The notes below the pieces were generated by a model. It searched no databases, was not told the DNA's origin, and saw only the letters and a list, made by a program, of their open reading frames with translations. Both the position numbers and the translations under genes were made by a program. From a bacterium (GTDB lineage: Bacteria; Patescibacteriota; Minisyncoccia; Phycocordibacterales; UBA6899), in NCBI GenBank assembly GCA_021851895.1, contig JAJZQJ010000006.1, forward strand, positions 13,861-77,860: a stretch of 64,000 nucleotides of DNA, written 5' to 3'. Of this stretch, positions 30,233 to 39,200 are shown in pieces; position 1 is the stretch's first letter, and each line of letters begins with the position of its first letter.

Positions 30233-30910
30233 TCAGTGCGTGAAGCGGAGCATGTCAAAAATAGGAAAGACGATTTCCATCTTTGTTCCGGAGAAATAGA
30301 CAAGCACAGTGGCAATGATGAGCGACGGGTAGAGTGGAGCCCGTCCCCCGCCCCTTATGGTCACAAAAACCACATGAATGAAAAAGAGTACGAAAGCGAC
30401 GATCACATAGAGAAGAATATCTGGCCAACCGACAATGAGACTACCTGCGATGAAAATATTAATGTCGAGCGCAGAGAGTAGGTGCGGCCGATACGCTCGG
30501 AGTGCCCTGAGTAGGATGTAGAGGAGCAACGTCGTAAGCAAACCCCAGAAGAGCGCCAGCCAGAAATGCGACAACATGTAGTCAAAAAAATATCCATGGC
30601 GCAAACGCAATAGCGGACCAAAGAGTGCGTAAAGTCCCGGCAGTGGCACGCCCGAAGGAAGCGGAAGATAGGTAAGCGGTCGAGTAAACTGATTGTCAAA
30701 CCAATGCACATATTGCCCCGCAGAAAGGAATATTCCGTAAAGAATACGCGAGAGTATATATCCGATATGAATCCAACTCATCCGCAAAATCCGCAGGTCT
30801 GTTCGCAAGGAGCCCCAAGCGAGCAGCAAGACATAGCAGAGAAGGCACGCCATGTTGAAGTAGACGAGCAGATGCCCAAAGATGTCGGCGCGCATTAAAG
30901 TTCCTATCAT
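30233..30910 (-). CDS. Polytopic membrane protein, candidate prepilin peptidase (A24-like) by position
   Basis: 225 aa, 6-7 TM; sits between the pilin gene and pilB; conserved Asp candidates present, but no GGGD motif. Confidence 0.4.
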   Translation of the reverse strand: MIGTLMRADIFGHLLVYFNMACLLCYVLLLAWGSLRTDLRILRMSWIHIGYILSRILYGIFLSAGQYVHWFDNQFTRPLTYLPLPSGVPLPGLYALFGPLLRLRHGYFFDYMLSHFWLALFWGLLTTLLLYILLRALRAYRPHLLSALDINIFIAGSLIVGWPDILLYVIVAFVLFFIHVVFVTIRGGGRAPLYPSLIIATVLVYFSGTKMEIVFPIFDMLRFTH

Positions 30911-30976
30911 ATATTATATTATATCAAGTCTTCAGAGGAATACAAAAAGCGCCGAAGCGCCTTATGTATTTTCCTT

Positions 30977-31675
30977 TTAGAAACTCCCTTGTCCGAGAAT
31001 ACGAATATTCGTACCCACTTCAAAGAGATTGTCATTATCACCTCCATCGGACTGCATGCGATTGGTGACCTTTGTGAATTCATCGCTCTCGAGACGTGCA
31101 TCTACCTCATACGTCAATGTTGTTGAATTACATGCATAGCGATAGACGTAGTCGGAGTTTACCGGCGCGGTGAGGGTCGTCAGCTTGTTCACGGGATCAA
31201 CAGGAAGATTTGATATCGGAGACCCCGAAGTGAGTGCTTCAAAGTTCACTGGGATCCACCCAGAACCATCTACGCGCGCGAGATTTGCGAGAGTGACTTG
31301 GGCTGCGGTTGGCTGCGTCGTCACACCAGAAAGATTGATGCCCGTTATGCTCCCTGTATCAGAGGGCAAACTGTACCAGATCTTATTCCCTGTCGTCCAG
31401 CCAGATGCGCTGCGACAAAGACTATTGATAGTCGATGTTGGACTACCATCGAGATTCGGATCCGAGATCGTTGTCGTATAAACACCCATTGCAGTCTTGA
31501 GTGTGTTGAGATCGGAGATACGCTGAGAGTCACGAGATTTTCGCAATGTTTCTACCGGATTGATCACGATGATCAACATCACGGAAAGAATAGCGATGAT
31601 GGCGATCACGATGAGCAACTCGAGCAGTGTAAAACCCTCATGCTGCCTCTCTTGTTTTACAAATAGAGATTGCAT
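30977..31675 (-). CDS. pilA: Type IV (major) pilin
   Basis: Leader MQSLFVKQERQHE followed by GFTLLELLIVIAIIAIL, a textbook class III signal. Confidence 0.8.
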   Translation of the reverse strand: MQSLFVKQERQHEGFTLLELLIVIAIIAILSVMLIIVINPVETLRKSRDSQRISDLNTLKTAMGVYTTTISDPNLDGSPTSTINSLCRSASGWTTGNKIWYSLPSDTGSITGINLSGVTTQPTAAQVTLANLARVDGSGWIPVNFEALTSGSPISNLPVDPVNKLTTLTAPVNSDYVYRYACNSTTLTYEVDARLESDEFTKVTNRMQSDGGDNDNLFEVGTNIRILGQGSF

Positions 31676-31858
31676 ATTGAATGAAGCACGTAAATGATGA
31701 TTAAGTGTAAAGCTTCGTATACTTTACTTATGTATAGTATATCATACGCTAGTCACAAGAGGCAATGCTTTACGCGTATACTGTGGATAGTACTGTGCAT
31801 ATGTATAGTATGTGCTACATGGTATACTTTACGTATGACGAGCAAGTCGCTCAAACGG

Positions 31859-33229
31859 ATGCGTTTTCTCATGAATGCACGCGAACGTATCGTGGGTATA
31901 TCGTTTACGGACGCGACTATTCACTGTGCACTCCGAGACAGCATCGATAGCGACGCGCCCGCACGCTTTCTCTCTTGGCCACTCCCTCCGAACATCATCG
32001 CACACGGTGTTGTACTCGACCCCGAGGGCCTTGCGCGAAATATCGAGCAAGCACTCGATACTTTTAAAGTACAGATCTCCTTTGCAAACCTTTCCATCCC
32101 CTCTGATCTTATTTTCTCGAGCATGCTTCGGCTTCCCAAGAGCGAGCGCGCAAGCGACCGAGAGAAGGCACTCGGGTTCCTCCTCGACGTCGAACTTCCC
32201 TGGAAAAAAGATCTCGCCTATACCGATCATCACGTTTTTGAAGAAAAGAGTGAGGATCGCATCAGCATATTTTCGATAACCCGTTCCATCGCGGACCCCT
32301 ACATACTCGCAGCAGAACATGCGGGAGTCGAAGTGCTCGCCCTCGAATTCGATGCGGTGAGCATGCTTCGCCTTTCAGAGAAAAATCCAAACAATACACT
32401 CATGGTTTCGGCGACACCAACGCAGGTGAATGTAGATATCGTAAAGGATGGCGCAATTGCATTTCATTATGCGATCCCCGTCGAAAAAGTACCTGATATT
32501 ACTTCGCTAAAGTCAGAGCTCAATCACATTCGTGACTACTTCATGGCGGAAACCGGTGAATTCGTCGGAGAAGAAGTAGTAAAAATGACCCTCAACGAGA
32601 CCGCAAAGGCATTCCTCGGCGACCGCAAAAGTGACATCAATATACTCCCCGCCGCGGGGGCAGCACTGCGCAAACCGAGCCCAAAAGGAATCCATGAACT
32701 CTCACTACTCCCACTCCGCTCAAGTGAGCTTTACGTACTCCATCGCATTGCATCAGGCCTCCAACTTTTGCGCCAAGCTGCAATTGCGACCTGTATCATC
32801 CTGATCGGAGCGCACATATTGATGGTTCAAGTCCTGAACATTGTCGCGAAACAAAGCAGTGAACGTGCAATGACGGCACCGCGGTTATTTGCAAATGCCG
32901 CTCTTGTAGAGAAGCAAATGGGAATACTCAATCAAACGCTCGCGGTTGGCGATACGATCGCTTCTATTTCCCACCGCTACGGACCAATGCTCGAAATGAT
33001 CGATGGACTACAAACCGATGGCATCTCATTCAATGCGATCACGACAGGAGTCGCAAACACACCGATCACCATCGCAGGTGTCGCTGCAACGAGGGCACAA
33101 TACAATCTCTTCCGCATGCAGATCTCCTCAAACAAAGCGATCGACGTGCTCTCCTTCCCACTCGGTAATCTCGAAACGATGAATGCTATTCCATTCACCC
33201 TCTCGATAAAGATGAAACTTCCCACATAA
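31859..33229 (+). CDS. PilM-like (actin-fold) protein fused to a PilN-like TM/periplasmic segment
   Basis: N-terminal IVGISFTDATIHCAL resembles the PilM phosphate-1 region; TM helix near residue 380 followed by a periplasmic tail; start uncertain (31835-31871). Confidence 0.5.
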   Translation: MRFLMNARERIVGISFTDATIHCALRDSIDSDAPARFLSWPLPPNIIAHGVVLDPEGLARNIEQALDTFKVQISFANLSIPSDLIFSSMLRLPKSERASDREKALGFLLDVELPWKKDLAYTDHHVFEEKSEDRISIFSITRSIADPYILAAEHAGVEVLALEFDAVSMLRLSEKNPNNTLMVSATPTQVNVDIVKDGAIAFHYAIPVEKVPDITSLKSELNHIRDYFMAETGEFVGEEVVKMTLNETAKAFLGDRKSDINILPAAGAALRKPSPKGIHELSLLPLRSSELYVLHRIASGLQLLRQAAIATCIILIGAHILMVQVLNIVAKQSSERAMTAPRLFANAALVEKQMGILNQTLAVGDTIASISHRYGPMLEMIDGLQTDGISFNAITTGVANTPITIAGVAATRAQYNLFRMQISSNKAIDVLSFPLGNLETMNAIPFTLSIKMKLPT

Positions 33230-33230
33230 C

Positions 33231-33818
33231 ATGGCATCCTTACTCGACAAGACGACATTTCGCATACGCATCATCCGCGAGAGTGCACTCATCCTCGTGG
33301 TCATTTTCGCAACCTATCTCATCAACATCCAGCTCCGTGTACAGATAGAACAAACAGATGCAGCCATTGTCTCCGAGAATAATCTCTATGGCCTTCGAGA
33401 ATATCACCAAGAGACCTTCGATCTCCTTGAGCAACGTCTTGTCGCGATGAAAGCGATCACCGAGCGCATCGACAAAGCACTACCTGCGACCGAAGATATC
33501 GGTGACTTCCTCACCATACTGAGTACCTATGGCGCGAAAAATGGCGTCGTTGTGAATGTCAGTGTGGGTACCGCAGCGATCAGCACTATCCAAAAAGATG
33601 GAGTCGCGCTGCAAACGATCGCGATCGCGATCGACGTAAATGGCGAGGCGAATGCGTTGCGGCAATACATCAATGCGATCGAGCATCTCCCCTACTTCTT
33701 TGCCATCTCGGGTATCGACGAGCGCAGAGATCCCGCGAAGCCTGGGTTCCGCCATCTTGTCATCGCAGGCACACTTTGGACTAAGCCAACGCAAACGCTG
33801 ACACAAATGCAGCAATAA
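33231..33818 (+). CDS. PilO-like bitopic protein
   Basis: N-terminal TM, coiled-coil, then periplasmic domain; start coupled to the upstream stop. Confidence 0.4.
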   Translation: MASLLDKTTFRIRIIRESALILVVIFATYLINIQLRVQIEQTDAAIVSENNLYGLREYHQETFDLLEQRLVAMKAITERIDKALPATEDIGDFLTILSTYGAKNGVVVNVSVGTAAISTIQKDGVALQTIAIAIDVNGEANALRQYINAIEHLPYFFAISGIDERRDPAKPGFRHLVIAGTLWTKPTQTLTQMQQ

Positions 33819-33827
33819 CCATTCACT

Positions 33828-34205
33828 ATGCAGTTTCAGGCACCTGACAACTTTAAAAAAGCAGTGCTCCCGTCGCTCTTCGGGCTCTACATCATCGGAA
33901 CGACCGCCGCATTCATCTTTCAAGCGCGCTATTTCAACGACGTCCTCACGCGTGCTTTTGCCGCACCCGCAATACCGGCACAAGTTTCAGTAAATCTCGA
34001 AGCGCTTAACCGCGTATCACAGATGATCGGCATAGACCCGCAAACGATCACCATGCTCACCGCATCGACCCTTATCACGAAAACACAGAGCGAGGCACGA
34101 CAGACGACCCCAACTGCACCGCTCCTCTCGACAACAACAGCGACAACATCTCCGCCCCTCATCGCCTCGAGCACGCAATCAACGACAACCATCAAGCGCC
34201 CATAA
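33828..34205 (+). CDS. Small membrane protein with a Ser/Thr-rich tail (PilP-like position)
   Basis: 125 aa; one TM segment; TTTATTSPP low-complexity tail. Confidence 0.35.
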   Translation: MQFQAPDNFKKAVLPSLFGLYIIGTTAAFIFQARYFNDVLTRAFAAPAIPAQVSVNLEALNRVSQMIGIDPQTITMLTASTLITKTQSEARQTTPTAPLLSTTTATTSPPLIASSTQSTTTIKRP

Positions 34206-34208
34206 ATA

Positions 34209-34232
34209 AAAACACGCAACATGCGTGTTTTT
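34209..34232. terminator. Bidirectional terminator (aacacgca aca tgcgtgtt) shared by the pilMNO-like operon and tatD
   Basis: Seen in the sequence. Confidence 0.6.
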
Positions 34233-34250
34233 TGTTTATTGTGATTCGCA

Positions 34251-35072
34251 CTAGAGAGCAAAGAATCTTCGTGCATTTTCATTTAGCTGCTTACGCATGA
34301 TCTCGGGGTCCTCTCCGCGGATACGCGCGATCGCTGCATAGACTTCGCGGACATATTTCGATTCATTCCGTTTTCCACGATAGGGCTTCGGGGCGACATA
34401 AGGCGCATCGGTCTCTGCGAGGATCGATCCTTTTGGCAGATACCGCACGACTTCATCGTAATCCGTAGTGAACGTGAGCACACCAGTGAATGAACAAGTG
34501 AAACCAAGATCGAGGAATTGCCTTGCGATCTCTTTATCCCCCGCAAAGAAGTGCGCATTCCCCCTGATCTCTGGCCCGGGCGCACGCGACGCTTCGCGCA
34601 ATTGCGCGAGGATATCGACATATGCATCCATCGTTCCCTTTGTTGGTCGTCCATGGATCATAAGCGGCTTATCAACGCTTCGCGCGATGTCGATCTGTTC
34701 CGCGAAAAGATGATACTGTCGTCGCTTCTCTTTCTGTTCGTCCCCCGACCACTCACCCGCTTCAGGCCAATAGTAATCAAGTCCGCACTCACCAATTGCA
34801 ACAACCTCGGGCAGCTTCGCCCAAGCACGATAGCGATCATTGTCGAAGACTTCGGGATGTCCATCAGAAGGATGCTGACCGATGACGGCATACCTCCCCT
34901 CCTCAGGATTCGCGAGCGCGATCGCCTTTTCGTTCATCGCCACATCGGTCCCCACGACGACAGTCGCGATCTTCTGCTCCAAAAGCTCCGCCTTTATAGC
35001 ATCACGGTCGGCATCAAACGCCTTATCATTCAAATGCCCATGGGCATCAATATACTCAAACTCCATATCCAA
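34251..35072 (-). CDS. tatD: TatD-family metal-dependent hydrolase / DNase
   Basis: IDAHGHL N-terminus with conserved His/Glu/Asp positions of the TatD TIM barrel. Confidence 0.8.
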   Translation of the reverse strand: MDMEFEYIDAHGHLNDKAFDADRDAIKAELLEQKIATVVVGTDVAMNEKAIALANPEEGRYAVIGQHPSDGHPEVFDNDRYRAWAKLPEVVAIGECGLDYYWPEAGEWSGDEQKEKRRQYHLFAEQIDIARSVDKPLMIHGRPTKGTMDAYVDILAQLREASRAPGPEIRGNAHFFAGDKEIARQFLDLGFTCSFTGVLTFTTDYDEVVRYLPKGSILAETDAPYVAPKPYRGKRNESKYVREVYAAIARIRGEDPEIMRKQLNENARRFFAL

Positions 35073-35122
35073 AGCATACCAGAATTCACCCCCTCGCGCA
35101 CACCCTCAAAAACTTAATTTGA

Positions 35123-35148
35123 ACGTTTATCACGTACGTCATAAACGT
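35123..35148. promoter_or_regulatory. Near-perfect 26-nt palindrome ACGTTTAT-c-ACGTACGT-c-ATAAACGT
   Basis: Seen in the sequence; related to the 36064-36095 inverted repeat. Confidence 0.4.
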
Positions 35149-35339
35149 CCATAATTAACACCACCTCCTTAAATCTTCTGCCTCCATTTTCAGTAAATTT
35201 CAAATTTTAAATAAAAAAATACACACTTCACATGTATATACAAAATATAATTCGCCCTCAGTGTCACAATCAAACCGAAAAACCAAAAATGGGAGTTCAA
35301 AAAATTGCAAGAAGTGAGCCATCGCCCTTATTCTGAGTT

Positions 35340-35870
35340 TTATCTCAGTGAGGGTTTGTAGAACCCAAAATGAATATACCTACCGATACCGAGTAGCTCA
35401 CTAGCACTACTAATAAAGGACGTTGCATCGAAATCTATAATATAGAATGAGCGATGAATTAAACGAAAACCAAGAGATCTAACAAAATCACGAAAAAGTG
35501 CACGCTTTTTCCGAAGCGCCTCCGGGATATCCCAAGATATCGCCCTAAGCTTTCCATCCAGCACACGCTTGCCTATTGAGTCATGAGCAAGACGACTCAT
35601 TTTCTCCTCGTCTCCATAATAGTTTTGAAGTGCGATACCCTTCTCGGTGAGCGAAAATATTATAACCTTTTTACCATTTTTCATCGAAGTTGAACGACGA
35701 ATATAGCCTTGTCGCTCCAAAGTCACGAATGCTCTCCGTTTCTGTACGCTATTTAAAACATCTAAAGCTTCTGACCCAGCGCCCTTAAGCGCGTACCACT
35801 TTGCCCTTACTTGCCCAAGTCGAGATCGACGATCAAGACCGCTAAACAAAGCCATTAGGAAAGTTTTCAT
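35340..35870 (-). CDS. Putative transcriptional regulator: N-terminal winged-helix domain plus a C-terminal Cas2/PaaX_C-like ferredoxin-fold segment
   Basis: Start at MKTFLMALF with a GGAG RBS; LERQGYIRRS...LTEKG winged-helix-like segment; C-terminal WDIPEALRKKRALFRDFVRSLGFRLIHRSFY matches the YDV..RR.K..K.L...G.R.Q.SV pattern. Confidence 0.4.
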   Translation of the reverse strand: MKTFLMALFSGLDRRSRLGQVRAKWYALKGAGSEALDVLNSVQKRRAFVTLERQGYIRRSTSMKNGKKVIIFSLTEKGIALQNYYGDEEKMSRLAHDSIGKRVLDGKLRAISWDIPEALRKKRALFRDFVRSLGFRLIHRSFYIIDFDATSFISSASELLGIGRYIHFGFYKPSLR

Positions 35871-36063
35871 ATTTCTCCCAACACGTCCTCGAAGCTCTTC
35901 TTCGACATGGAAGTGGCCGTCGCCATGATTACCCAAACCGATAGCATGTTCAAGATCATTCATATTTGTGGAAAATAATAAAGCCACTGCATCGCTGCGT
36001 GGCATGTGTATTTACTAACTATACATCAATATATCAATAATAGAATACGATTATCCACAGAAA

Positions 36064-36095
36064 AGGACGTTTATGGCGAACGGCATAAACGTCCT
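36064..36095. promoter_or_regulatory. Perfect 12-bp inverted repeat AGGACGTTTATG-N8-CATAAACGTCCT, directly after a perfect DnaA-box-like TTATCCACA at 36051-36059
   Basis: Seen in the sequence. Confidence 0.4.
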
Positions 36096-36243
36096 ATTTA
36101 AAATAAAAACGCGATGGGATGCAAAATCACACCGGATGGCACAATTGCCATGCGGTGCGGTTTTTTGTTAATACTTTCTAGCAATCTCAGGCGGCTATGA
36201 CCTCGCCTGTGATTGAAAGTTCTTATTTCAGTTTTATTATTCT

Positions 36244-39200
36244 TTACGGAGCAGTGCTTGTAGCGTCACCATCCCCCGCAACAATATCAACGGATGTGCT
36301 TGTGCCGATCTCTTCAACTATGACATCCGGCGTAGTTGTCGAGTTGTCACTGCTTAAATTCTCTATCACAACATTATCCGCTGAAGGCGCTTCATCTGAG
36401 CTCTCTGGACTCGACACATTCGACATGGAAGGTTCCGAAGTACTTGGCATTGACCATGGCACGTATCCCGCATCACCCTCATAATTTCCAACAAGATAGG
36501 GTCGTTCGAGTACACACGATCCGATGGATGAAATGATGCCTGGACAGACCCCTCTTTCATAATCGAATATTTCTATATCTTCCTCAGGAAGACCTGGCCT
36601 GGTCGTGTAGAAGAAGCGTATCGTGCCTGACGATTCTATATCCTCAGGTAGAACAAAACCTATGTACTCTGCCCTCGTCTCAACGCCACCATTTTGCGAA
36701 ACTAGTGGCACTGCTTGCGCAGTAAGTCCGTCGCTCGCGATCAAGACATATTCTCGTGCAGGTATACTGAGCACAGGAAACGGAATACGCACACCTGCGA
36801 TACTCACGTCAGTCAATTTCAAATCGATCGCAGCAGAGCCCATCATATTCGAGACTTTGAACCAAGATGACTCCCCTGCTGCGCCAATATAATATTCGGT
36901 GATCTGCATACGCCCATCGAGTGGATTCCAGCCTCCAGATGTTACAGGGAAAAGTTCCGGCCTTGGCGCCCACCCATGACCGCATGTCGCATTCAATTCT
37001 TCATCAGTGATGCCATCATAATAGAGCGGCCCGTCATAGCAGAAAACGCTTTCTGTTGTCGTCGCACTACCATCTTCACCGCTCGCCGTCGACGTCGCGG
37101 TCGACGTTCCTGTGACAATCCCTCCACCATCGATTGGTGGTGTACTCGTTGACGATGGAGGTCCTTCCTCTCCAGGAGTCGATGTCGCGGTCGATGTCCC
37201 AGCGACTAACCCGCCATTATCAATCGGAGGTGTACTCGTCGATGATCCTGACCCATCCTCCACTGGTGTCGAAGTCGCAGTGCTCGTACTGGATGAATCT
37301 ATTAGTGATAACGACTCCGTCGTTGTCGCGGACGATCCACTGCCTGAATCTTCCGGTGGCGGCAACTCTTCAGTGCTTGATGCGGAGCCATCCGCCGGAG
37401 TCGTTGTGCCGACAGCATCTCCTTGCGAATCCTCAACAGGAGGGACATCATCGGTGCTCGTTGCTGTTGAGGTGCTCATCTCGTCATCGATCTCAGGTGT
37501 TGTCGTGCTCTCGACGGGCGGAATCGCCTCGGGAGGAGGATCGATAAATTCAGGAGGTAATCCATAATATTCATTGCAATCCACAAAATCTCGCGCTGCG
37601 TAATAGACGTGACAATCCTCTGCATCCTGCATTGCAAGCACTCCGAATGGATCATCAGGCCCTCCCTGCTGCCCTTCATCTTGCCCCGTTGGAGGAATTG
37701 CTGGGCCACAGTCGACGCCGATGCGATACACTTTTCCTCCAAGCCATTCGAGCAGCATCGTCCGATCACGATAGGTGCTACATGAAGGGATCTCTGCTGG
37801 AGAAGTGCCATCATCGAAATACGTAAGGAAGAGTTTTCCGGACTCGAGGCGCATACGCGACGCTATAGTATTCACACGCACTACACCACCACGGACGATA
37901 ACTGGAGCAGTAAGATACGTATAGGGGTCACGAACGAATACCCCACCCTCATGCACGACGATATGCGGCACCGTCTCGATCAAAGGCCGATTCGACTCGG
38001 AAGTATAATTTGCGAACTGTTTATTCGTCGATATACTTCCCGTCTTCCAGATCCCCAATGTTCCGTAGACATGTATGACCGTCTGCGCGTTCCCTCCAAA
38101 AATCGCAGCATCAGGAAGTGCAAGCACCCACGATCGATCGTTGCCAACCATCCATTCTTCACCACTTTGAACAGTGACCTCACCAGTTACATAGACGGCA
38201 TCACTACCTCGCGGAATGATCTCATTAGGATATACACCCGCAATCCTCCTCCCCTCATAAATATTGTATTTCCAAGACTGATTCGCATAACCAATAGTCG
38301 ACGCATTTTCATATTGCGTTGGCGTATCGAGCGCACGCGCGCGCACCCAATAGCTCGGATTATCGCCAGGCGCGATAGTGATCATACGCTCACATGACCG
38401 ACGCAATGCATATGCATTTGCGCAATATGCACCGCCATAAGGCGCACGATCGACCAAGCTATGATTGGCAAGTATGACGAATTCACCACTTGAACGCGAG
38501 CGCGACGAAAGCCCCTCAATGAAACGATATGGTGCCTCCGACTGAAGTATCGCATGTGATTTCGTTCCATCACTACTGAGTACAACAAACCTTTTCGGTG
38601 GTATACCAGTGAGTGGGAATGGATAATGCTCGCCGTCTTCGATGAATTCCGCATTACGCATATCGAGCCATTTGTCGGTAGTATTCATGAGCTCAACCCA
38701 TGATGACTCACCATCTTTCCCGATATAATACTCAGTGATGAGCAGTTGCCCCGAAGTGGGTATTATCGAGGCACTCTCTTGGCTCTGCGGAAGATTATCT
38801 TCAATCGTGAATCCTCCTTGCTCCACTATGATCGGCGTCGTCGAAGCTTCTTCGAGTGCATGTGCACGCGCCGTCGGCAATGACCCACTTCGCCTTATGA
38901 CGGATGAAGCGATGACTTGTTTCTCTAATGTACTCTCCGCCTTAAGCATGCGCTTCAACAATGCGATACGCTCAAGTAATGCGGTCTTGTACTCCGCATC
39001 AGGATCGACCGCCGGAGCTGCTTTCAGCGGCTTCTTCTTGGGCAATGTCGTCTCTTTGACGACAGGCGGTGCATCTTGCTGCACAACAGGCAAGACTACT
39101 GCGGGCTTGAAACCAGGATAAGTGACTGGTGCCTCTTTCTTGAGGTCGGGAAGATCGCGTGTGCCCTTTAATTCCTCCATAGGTTGTGGAGCTGAAGAAA

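Noticed and set aside
30233-30910. Confident PilD (A24 prepilin peptidase) call
   Set aside because: The membrane topology and the position next to pilA and pilB fit, but I could not see the canonical Asp-containing motifs clearly, so it is kept as a low-confidence candidate
35340-36005. Cas2-like C-terminal fold suggesting a CRISPR locus
   Set aside because: No direct-repeat and spacer array and no cas1 anywhere in the window. The N-terminal wHTH points to a PaaX-like regulator architecture instead
43-36059. Two perfect DnaA-box 9-mers (TTATCCACA) as evidence of oriC
   Set aside because: About 0.5 perfect 9-mers are expected by chance in 128 kb of double strand. There is no cluster, no dnaA or dnaN gene, and no AT-rich DNA-unwinding element next to either box, so they are kept only as a side note
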